Origin: Promethearchaeia archaeon
GTDB lineage: Archaea; Asgardarchaeota; Lokiarchaeia; Sigyniarchaeales; SOKP01
Length of the DNA stretch: 32,325 nt
Reading direction: 5' to 3'
NCBI GenBank assembly: GCA_029856155.1
Contig: JAHQWL010000059.1
Span: 1-32,325 of the forward strand
Shown: positions 1 to 8,137 of the stretch, piece by piece
Layout of the letters: every line of letters starts with the position of its first letter
How positions within the stretch are numbered: position 1 is the first letter of the stretch
The notes under the pieces: generated by a model
Seen by the model: the letters and a program-made list of their open reading frames with translations, nothing else
Told to the model about the DNA's origin: nothing
Databases searched by the model: none
Position numbers and translations under genes: made by a program

Positions 1-325
1 GTTTTTAATAATAGTCGCTTTAAATAATCTTTTAATTAAAGCAAATAAATTATTTATTATTTAAATCCATCCACATCTAATAGCTCATTAAATAATGGAG
101 ATGCATTTTATGGTGAGTATAAAAAGCTTACAGTACAAAGGCTCAATAATAAAACAGCTATGATTATTATTATCAAAGAGTTATTTCTAATCCTTTTATC
201 AATTTTATCTAATCCTTCCACTATAACTTAAAAATTTTAAATCTTTAAAAAGCATTTAAATAGTTAACAAATTTTGTATTATTAACGGTAAATGATTCTT
301 TATTTTATTTTTTTGGAGGAATTTA

Positions 326-988
326 ATGTTTAGAGATATTGAGAAGGATATTCAACAATACTATGCCGATCGAGCAAATGAATATGAATTGACCTATGAA
401 AGACCTGAACGACAAACTGACTTAAAAACAATTCGCATTCTACTCAAGAATTTACTCAATGAACACCATGTGCTTGAAATAGCATGTGGAACAGGTTATT
501 GGACTAAAATTATTAGCTCCGTTGCTAAATCTATTACTGCTACTGATATAAATAATGAAGTTCTTAAAATTGCAAAAAATAAGCTAATTAAATTGAAAAA
601 AGTAACCTTTATCCAAGATGATTCCTATTCTTTGAAAAAAATTCGAGGTAATTTTACAGCTGGATTTGCGTTTTCGTGGTGGTCTCATATATTAATATCT
701 AAATTGAACGATTTTATCAATGTATTTCATTCTCGGCTTCAACCAGGTGCTCTTGTTATCTTTATAGACAATTTTCATATAGCGGGAAGCAGTATTCCAA
801 TATGTCGAATTGATAATGATGGGAACACATATCAGATAAGAAAGTTACAAGATGGACGGGAATACGAAATATTAAAGAATTTTCCAACAAGGCAAACATT
901 TGAGGAAATTCTTGGGAAAAGAGTTAAAAATCTTAAAATTGAGTTTTTAACATATTTTTGGATAATTACTTATAATGTTTTATTATGA
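326..988 (+). CDS. Class I SAM-dependent methyltransferase
   Basis: Motif I VLEIACGTGYW, acidic post-I ATDIN, GGAGG RBS upstream. Confidence 0.9.
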   Translation: MFRDIEKDIQQYYADRANEYELTYERPERQTDLKTIRILLKNLLNEHHVLEIACGTGYWTKIISSVAKSITATDINNEVLKIAKNKLIKLKKVTFIQDDSYSLKKIRGNFTAGFAFSWWSHILISKLNDFINVFHSRLQPGALVIFIDNFHIAGSSIPICRIDNDGNTYQIRKLQDGREYEILKNFPTRQTFEEILGKRVKNLKIEFLTYFWIITYNVLL

Positions 989-1010
989 TCGTTTTGTTAA
1001 TTAACTTTTC

Positions 1011-1792
1011 AAAGTCCCAATAATTTATGAATTTTTTACCAGTATCAATGGGATTTATAGGTTTTATTATGTACCACACTCTTCTGATTTTACAAATAGT
1101 GCTAAGATTTTTTACTTAATGTATTAGAGATTATATTAATAAATAGAAATCAAATTGATTATTACTTAATACATGAATTTGGTCATGCCTTTTTATCAAA
1201 AATTACTCAATATCCTTATTTCATAAAATTTACATCAAAGATAGAAAAAATCAACAAAAGGATTGGAAATTTTTTTAAAAAAAATCCCATGGCTAATATA
1301 GAAGACTTACCAAAAGACTTAAGAGAATTCAGGATAATTCACGATTATTCTAATGGAATTCTCGATTGTTTTGTGAATTATAATACATTCATTAAAAAGA
1401 ATAAATTTTATAATTTTTATATAAATTACATCAAAGAGATCCTAAATTCAGGAAAGATAGGTTTTAGACCGGGTAAACTTAGGATATTACTGCCCTCTTA
1501 TATAAATTTTTATTTAGAATTTAATTATAATTTTCTTATAAAAGATAGAATTCAAAATCAAAAGAATATAGAATACTTCCTGTATGGCTTGAAAAAGGTT
1601 ATAATAAATTCAAAAAAATTTAAATTAGCACAATTTGATTCTTTAAATAAAATCTTGGATAATTACATTAAAATTAAAGACTCTACTGATCATGAAATAA
1701 TTATCAATTTTATTCAGAATATTCTTCTCAAATTATCTCTCTGGAGTGAAAATACTTTAAAGGAAAAATTGGCGATTATTTATCCAATATAA
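1011..1792 (+). pseudogene. Probable 5'-damaged HEXXH (zincin-like) protein; the ORF track gives only 1289-1792
   Basis: The 1289 frame is open back to 1106 with no ATG and contains LIHEFGHAFL (His at 1172). An upstream open frame 1011-1110 would join across the T-run near 1108-1113. Confidence 0.5.
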
Positions 1793-1876
1793 AAATCTAA
1801 ATGAATTAAAATTTGAGACAGGTATTATTAAATCAAAATAAGAGAGAAAAAAAAAATTTTTCTCTTAGAAAAATAC

Positions 1877-2434
1877 TTAAGTTATAACAATAGCAGGGCG
1901 CCCTGGTAATGCCTGAATCGCTTTTTTAGATTCGGATTGGTGTTCTACTAATATCTTAACTTCACAATTATATTTTTTCTGAATAATTAACTCTATTTGC
2001 TTAAAGAATTGTAATTCATCAGATTGAGATAGATTATGTCTTGGAAATTTTCCTATATTTTTTAGAATTTTTGATGTTATTTGACTAATGAACTTACTAT
2101 TAACCTTTAAATTTTCTTTTTTCATCAATTCTTTCATGATCTCTCCTTGATTTTTTGTTTTTTCGATTAACTCCATGAAAATTGAATAAAATTCAAACTT
2201 CCACTTATCAGCAATAATAATTTTTACACTTTTAATGGTATTTATATTTGCTGCTAACCTAATGCTATTTATATCATCTAATATATTATTCAATAAATTC
2301 CATTTGAATTCATTATCAATATTTAGCAAAGACGGGTCATATTTAGGCCAAGAAGCTAAACTAATATATCCCTCTTTTCCCATTAATTCCCAAATTTCTT
2401 CTGTTATATGTGGAGCAATCGGGTGGAAAACCAA
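1877..2434 (-). pseudogene. leuS: Orphan C-terminal fragment of archaeal-type leucyl-tRNA synthetase (anticodon-binding and C-terminal tRNA-binding domains)
   Basis: LLVFHPIAPHITEEIW..SWP class Ia signature and terminal KAIQALPGRPAIVI. No HIGH or KMSKS motif. In-frame stop about 11 codons upstream of the TTG. Confidence 0.75.
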
Positions 2435-2499
2435 TAATAATTTTTCTTTTAGTAGGAAGGGTACATACTATTCAGTTAATATTGAATATTTAAAGATTT

Positions 2500-3003
2500 C
2501 TAAAATGGGATTTTTATTTTACTTTTACGATATGTTCTTGTATATAAAAATCTACTAATGAAAAATAAAATAGATGTACTGAGTAAACCTATTAATGGGA
2601 TGAATACGTCTGATACTCCAAAACTATTTTTCCAATCGAAGAAAATAGATGTTGTTAAAAAAATGCTATAAAAAATTAAAGCAGTTGTTAATGCATTTGT
2701 AGTTGCCATCCACTTCTGAATTGGATAATTTATAAATTTTATTGTTAAAAGCGCTTCGTATCCTTGGTTAGTAATTGTATATTTACCTTGTGAGTTTTTT
2801 TTAATCAAATTAATGAGTTTATTTAAATGATGAGTTAAATTACCGCTACTTGAAATATTTAAACTATGTTTTAAGTCTGAAAAACCTAAAGGATTCTTTT
2901 CTAATAATTTTAAGATTTTTATTCTTGTAGGGTGGGATATAGCTTCAAATAATTCAGTTTTGAAATAATCTCTCTCATTTTCTGAGGACTTTTTCTCATT
3001 CAA
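2500..3003 (-). CDS. ArsR-like winged-helix regulator with two C-terminal TM helices
   Basis: FEAISHPTRIKILKLL..GFSDLK..SSGNLTHHLNKL..GKYTIT wHTH, followed by hydrophobic segments. Confidence 0.85.
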   Translation of the reverse strand: MNEKKSSENERDYFKTELFEAISHPTRIKILKLLEKNPLGFSDLKHSLNISSSGNLTHHLNKLINLIKKNSQGKYTITNQGYEALLTIKFINYPIQKWMATTNALTTALIFYSIFLTTSIFFDWKNSFGVSDVFIPLIGLLSTSILFFISRFLYTRTYRKSKIKIPF

Positions 3004-3197
3004 AATATTTTTCCTCTTATATTAAATATTATAGAATCGTTTATTTTTTTTAAACAATTAATGAGTTTTTTAATGGAATATAAAAAGATTTACCTTAAAA
3101 ATATGTTTTATTGTTATTCTTTTATAATCTAATAGATATTATTTAATAATCGTAAAAAATTCTAAAAAATTGAAATTAATAAGTTAAAAACTCATAA

Positions 3198-3902
3198 CTA
3201 ATATAAACTAAAATTCAATAGCGGAAACAATATGTATTGAACAAAATTTAATAATATATGCATAATTAAACATGGGTAAATACTTCCCCTCCAGTTAAAG
3301 AGTACCATTGATAGAACAGCATATAAGAACAATAGTATACTGCCTCTTAATCCCCAACCTAGAAAAAAAGATAGAGCAAATATAAAGCATGCTATTAAAC
3401 CAGCAATCCATTTATTTTTGATATAACTATTGAAAAATGTTATACTATATGCTCTATAGAAAGTATCTTCACAGATAACAGTTGTGATAAGCAATAAGAA
3501 TACTATTAATAGGATTTGTATAGGATCTCCCATCCAAAATACATCAAGGTCTTGTGTCCAATAAAGTCCAATAATATCGAAAAAAATGCTTGAAAAAGTA
3601 AGCACACCTAATGCTGCAATGGAGAATAAAACTCCTATTAATATCGTTAATATATTTATTTTTCCTCGATAGCCGATATCCTTCAAGTTCGAATTTTTTT
3701 TCCTAAGTAAAAGCCACATTATCAAGAAAGTTATCCATTGAGAAATACCAAATAAAATAAAATTAAGTGAGCTAATAAAAGTGAATTCTAAATGAAATAA
3801 AAAAGAACACAAAATACCTAATAGAAACGATAGATATATAGGAAGCAAATGAACACAAATTAAACCTATAAATCCATATTTACCTTTTAAATTATAAGTC
3901 AT
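3198..3902 (-). CDS. CPBP/Abi (Rce1-like CAAX protease) family membrane protein with degenerate motifs
   Basis: Multi-TM; CEDTFYR (EExxxR-like), FALSF in place of FxxxH, HILLN; GAGGT RBS. Confidence 0.8.
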   Translation of the reverse strand: MTYNLKGKYGFIGLICVHLLPIYLSFLLGILCSFLFHLEFTFISSLNFILFGISQWITFLIMWLLLRKKNSNLKDIGYRGKINILTILIGVLFSIAALGVLTFSSIFFDIIGLYWTQDLDVFWMGDPIQILLIVFLLLITTVICEDTFYRAYSITFFNSYIKNKWIAGLIACFIFALSFFLGWGLRGSILLFLYAVLSMVLFNWRGSIYPCLIMHILLNFVQYILFPLLNFSLY

Positions 3903-3999
3903 TATACCTCTTACCTTCCTTTAAAGTCTCGAATTCGGCACCCTTTGATATTTAATTTTGACATTTGATTTAACAATTGGTTTGTTATTCTGTTTCCAA

Positions 4000-4506
4000 T
4001 TAATTAATCTGATATTTTTTTATATTGGGAATCCATTTAGGAACCTTTTCTTTATATTTTCTATATTCCTCTCTATAAAGGTCTTCTAAAATTCTTTCTT
4101 CGCGATTCGCCATCCAATTATATATAATTATAGCGATTATTAAAATACAGACACTTAAAAGAGAGATCGTTAACCAAATAAATGAAGTATAGGTTAATAG
4201 TATTGCAAGATATAATGGATTTCTTACATGTCCCAAAATTCTGTTAGTAATAAGCGTTTTTGAAGGTTCCTTCTCAGAAAATAATTGTTTGTGTGAGGGT
4301 ACTCCAAAAATTATTGCTAAAATTATAAAAAGAACAAATAGAGAAATTCGAAGATATAGGGGAATAAATTGATTTAAAATTGTTGAAACTTTAAGCCAGA
4401 TTGAATCTATAAACCAGACAGTAGTAAAGAGGATTAGAATAAGAGTCTGGATAATTTGAGAATAAGGTGCTTCTCTTTCTAATCCTTTTCTATTTTTTCT
4501 TTTCAT
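4000..4506 (-). CDS. ICMT/PEMT-family membrane methyltransferase
   Basis: VRNPLYL..EERIL..YREEYRKY...VPKWIP; GGAGG RBS. Confidence 0.85.
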   Translation of the reverse strand: MKRKNRKGLEREAPYSQIIQTLILILFTTVWFIDSIWLKVSTILNQFIPLYLRISLFVLFIILAIIFGVPSHKQLFSEKEPSKTLITNRILGHVRNPLYLAILLTYTSFIWLTISLLSVCILIIAIIIYNWMANREERILEDLYREEYRKYKEKVPKWIPNIKKYQIN

Positions 4507-4534
4507 TTTATATCCCTCCTTTTAGAAAAAAGAT

Positions 4535-5062
4535 CTATATATATTTATATGAATAATTATCCGTGTTTGAATAGTAAGTACGTCTATTCTTCATCTTTGA
4601 AATTATTTTTTTTTCTATTAACCTCCAGATTCCTGTTAAAAAATTAAACCTTGGTACTTTTTTAATATATTTTTCATATTCCTTCCAGAATTTCTCAATA
4701 TTTTCTTTTTCTTCTATATAACATATAAAATAAAGACAAACAATGGATATTATTGTATTTAATATTATAATCCAGTTTTGGCTTAAGAAAATATGAGAAA
4801 AAAACATTATTATAACACCCAAAAATAAAGGATGCCTAATTATACTATAAACTCCATTACTAATTAGAGATTCTTTATCCTTATTTCTATGGAGTGTAAT
4901 TGCAGAGAGAATATAAATAAATGCCCCGATGCCCGTTAATATATAACCAAAAATGTGCAATATTTTATAAGTTAAAAAGAATAGATTAAGAAAAATAATA
5001 TTCAAAAAAAGACAAATGGATATAATGATCTGGAAAATTTTCTTTTTTATTTTTCTCTCCAT
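4535..5062 (-). CDS. ICMT/PEMT-family membrane methyltransferase
   Basis: GVYSIIRHPLFLG..EE..EYEKY...VPRF. Confidence 0.85.
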   Translation of the reverse strand: MERKIKKKIFQIIISICLFLNIIFLNLFFLTYKILHIFGYILTGIGAFIYILSAITLHRNKDKESLISNGVYSIIRHPLFLGVIIMFFSHIFLSQNWIIILNTIISIVCLYFICYIEEKENIEKFWKEYEKYIKKVPRFNFLTGIWRLIEKKIISKMKNRRTYYSNTDNYSYKYI

Positions 5063-5367
5063 AATTTATCATTTTTTTAAAAAACTTTCTATAAAAAAAT
5101 AAAAAATCAATATATTTAATTCCCGAGTTCTTGACCATTAGGTCTAATATTATTGACCTTATTTTCAGTTCCAAAAAAATAATAATTTAAATAAATAAAT
5201 TCTTTTCAGAAGGATTAAGGGCTTCATATCAATCAATCTAGCCCTTTTTTCGTAGGTGTTTGGGTATCATGAATGGTGTGTAGGATTCATTTCATTACGA
5301 AATGAAACTATTGATAAGTGGTTTTAATTATCTATTGCTTTTTACTTACATTTTAAAGATTTTATAA

Positions 5368-5477
5368 TTCAATCTTCGGGAAGATTGAAATCAATTTGGA
5401 TGGTAGCCAAATTGATCTATAGAATTTCCATTCTATAGAAATATCGTGCAGGAAACCAATTTACCATCTATTATCCC
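5368..5477. ncRNA. Candidate structured RNA/DNA element: three abutting perfect hairpins plus a loop-complementary tail
   Basis: Inverted repeats at 5368-5389, 5390-5416 and 5417-5438; tail segments at 5451-5454, 5461-5467 and 5474-5477 are complementary to the loops. Confidence 0.5.
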
Positions 5478-5604
5478 AGTAAAAATCAATTCTAAATTTA
5501 AAAAGATATTGAGAAAAGAGTTAGAAGTTATATTTTCAATTAACTCGGAATCCCTAATGTATAAATAAAATTTTTATTAAAAAAAAAATATAATAGAAAT
5601 TATT

Positions 5605-6873
5605 TTAGGTACCTTCCAGAAATCCATGAATATAATTATATTGCTCCTCAGTCAATTTATCAATCTCTATACCCATGGATTGAAGTTTTAGGGAGCCTAC
5701 TTTATCATCAATATCTATAGGAACGTCAACTATACCCGGTTTAAGGGTATCTTTACTTTTGACTATATATTCCGACATTAAGGATTGTAAAGCAAAGGAC
5801 ATATCCATTACTTCACTTGGATGCCCCTCTGACAAAACTAGATTAGCTAATCTTCCTTTTGCTAATAGATATACTTTCTTACCATTAGGAAATATCAATT
5901 CTTCCACGTTTTGTCTAATTGGTTTAATTTCTTTTGCATATTCATAGAGTTCTTTTGTAGGGATCTCAATATCGAAGTGTCCAAGATTTCCAAGAATGAC
6001 TCCCTCCTTTAATTTTTCAAATGCTTCTGTATTGGGAGGGATAACATGTTTGCAACCAGTTGCGGTTAAAATTATATCAGCATTAGGGAGCGTATCTTCG
6101 ATTTTTTGAACCCTAAATCCCGCAAATACTGCTTGTAATGCCTTTATTGGGTCAACTTCTGTAACAGTTACAATCGCACCTAATCCCCGCGCTCTGAGTG
6201 CCATACCTGAACTACAATGCCCATATCCACCGATAACTACGTTTTTGCCTGCAAAAAGAACATGCATTCCATAAATTGCAGATACTATACCTTGCCCCGT
6301 TCCTAGTTCATTGTCAAATTGGTTTTTACATCGGGCATCATTAACAGGAAAAAGTGGCACTTTCAGAACTCTTTTTTTATCCATAGCTTTAAATCTCTTA
6401 ACACCTGTGGTAGTTTCTTCTTGGCATGCGATAATAGTGCCTGATTTTATAAGATCTTCATATTCTTGATGAGCGGTAACTATCATATCACCACCATCAT
6501 CAATTAAGATGTTTGGTTTAGCATCTAAACATTGTCTTATACACCAATAGAATTCCTCATCAGTATTGCCATGCCATGCAAAAACATTAATTCCTTCCTG
6601 TATCAATGCTGCTGTTACATCATCTTGAGTTGATAATGGATTACTCCCACAGAGATATACTTCAGCCCCTCCAGCTTTCAAAGTTCGAGCGAGAATCCCT
6701 GTTTCTTTTGTTACGTGCAAACAACCGGCGATCGTTATATCTTTTAACGGTTTCTCTTTTTCAAATCTTTTACGAATAACTTTAGCAGTTACAGGCATTT
6801 TATTTTCAGCTATATATAGGGCTTCTTTACCTTTTTCTGCTAAACTTTCATCAGCTACTTTATAATTTACCAT
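5605..6873 (-). CDS. ahcY: Adenosylhomocysteinase (SAH hydrolase)
   Basis: GCLHVTKET, SNPLSTQDDV, DDGGD, EETTTG, GHFDIEI, GRLANL..GHPSEVMDMSF. ATG at 6873 preferred over GTG at 6885. Confidence 0.97.
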   Translation of the reverse strand: MVNYKVADESLAEKGKEALYIAENKMPVTAKVIRKRFEKEKPLKDITIAGCLHVTKETGILARTLKAGGAEVYLCGSNPLSTQDDVTAALIQEGINVFAWHGNTDEEFYWCIRQCLDAKPNILIDDGGDMIVTAHQEYEDLIKSGTIIACQEETTTGVKRFKAMDKKRVLKVPLFPVNDARCKNQFDNELGTGQGIVSAIYGMHVLFAGKNVVIGGYGHCSSGMALRARGLGAIVTVTEVDPIKALQAVFAGFRVQKIEDTLPNADIILTATGCKHVIPPNTEAFEKLKEGVILGNLGHFDIEIPTKELYEYAKEIKPIRQNVEELIFPNGKKVYLLAKGRLANLVLSEGHPSEVMDMSFALQSLMSEYIVKSKDTLKPGIVDVPIDIDDKVGSLKLQSMGIEIDKLTEEQYNYIHGFLEGT

Positions 6874-7018
6874 AGAAAATTTCACAATTGTTTATAATAA
6901 TATTAATTTTAGTAATAATTAATTTATTAATCTTTTTTTCATTAAATATATAAATATTTAAATCTTTATTTAACAATTAATTTATTATATTTATTAACAA
7001 ATAATAAATTGTAATGAA

Positions 7019-7981
7019 ATGATTAATTCTAATGATAGAGCAGCAGCTCTTCAATTAATTAGAATGTTTAGTGGAAGATCGAAATTTTATGTTTCAAAAA
7101 ATGTAAAAGCTTTAGGACTTACACGACAAACAGTCCATAATAAGATTAAGCTCTTAAGAAAACAAGAGATAATTAATAATATTACAATTAATATTCATCC
7201 TTACATCCAGCCAGATAATCTAAAATATGTTATTCTAGAAATTAAAACCAATCCTAGAGAACCTCAAATACTGGAAAAACTGTTAAAAATTCCACATTTA
7301 AAAATGCTTGATGGAATCTTAGGGGAATTCTCTTTAATAGCTCTATTCGTTTTTAGATCAACTAAAGACTATCATGAAGGCCTGGAAAAAATTGATAATA
7401 TCATGGCTAAATCTTATTTTAAGAAGTATCAGATACTTGAGACAATAAGACTTTTTAAGACTAATGGCATCAAAATAGATGAGGTGGATTTAAATTCTGA
7501 TTTTACAATGGACAGAAATGATTCCTTGATATTAAAAATATTGCAAGAAGAACAAGAAGAGAAACCAATATCTACATATGAGATTCGGGATAACATGAAA
7601 AATCATTATAATATTGAATTATCTCAATCAACAATATATAATAGAATAAAAAAACTTGAGGTAAATGGTATAATACTCAATTATTCTATTAATTTTTCTC
7701 CTAAAAAAGTAGGATATAAAGGAAAATATCTTGTTCGTATTAAACCTAAAGATCCTTCAAAATATAATGAAATTGCATTGAATTTAGAAAAAAACCAGTT
7801 TATCACAGATTTATTTAGGATAGGAGAACAATATGGATTATTTGCAATTGTTAGAGTAAAGAGGATTGAAGATTATGCTATTTTTATTAGGGATCTATAC
7901 ACCTCTGAAGAGATAGAAGATACATATACTAATTTTGTTTTAGATGAGTTAAAACCTTATACTAATTTCTATATTTTCTAG
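7019..7981 (+). CDS. Tandem double-domain Lrp/AsnC transcription regulator
   Basis: Two HTH+RAM units (LTRQTVHNKIKLL; LSQSTIYNRIKKLE..GII); divergent from ahcY. Confidence 0.85.
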   Translation: MINSNDRAAALQLIRMFSGRSKFYVSKNVKALGLTRQTVHNKIKLLRKQEIINNITINIHPYIQPDNLKYVILEIKTNPREPQILEKLLKIPHLKMLDGILGEFSLIALFVFRSTKDYHEGLEKIDNIMAKSYFKKYQILETIRLFKTNGIKIDEVDLNSDFTMDRNDSLILKILQEEQEEKPISTYEIRDNMKNHYNIELSQSTIYNRIKKLEVNGIILNYSINFSPKKVGYKGKYLVRIKPKDPSKYNEIALNLEKNQFITDLFRIGEQYGLFAIVRVKRIEDYAIFIRDLYTSEEIEDTYTNFVLDELKPYTNFYIF

Positions 7982-8137
7982 TTGAGATGATTTGCAATTG
8001 GTAAATTAACCCTAAAAAATAAAATAACTCATGAATAATATTGACTTTAATTGTCTAAATTCTTAATAATTTTGAGAAATATCTTAATTTATAGTGAAAT
8101 AATTTATACAAAAAAATAATACCTTTTATTGAAAATA

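Noticed and set aside
108-221. 37-codon minus-strand GTG ORF resembling a signal peptide (KRIRNNSLIIIIIAVLLLSLC)
   Set aside because: Too short, followed by stops and near the window edge; at most a remnant
2235-2558. Track ORFs on the opposite strand of real genes (also 5759, 9031, 10148, 13544, 13732, 14034, 14702, 17542, 19855, 27757) and the overlapping 4986-5174 ORF
   Set aside because: Shadow ORFs overlapping better-supported genes; no motifs
2434-5600. Integron-like cassette array
   Set aside because: No attC-like RYYYAAC/GTTRRRY pairs between genes and no integrase
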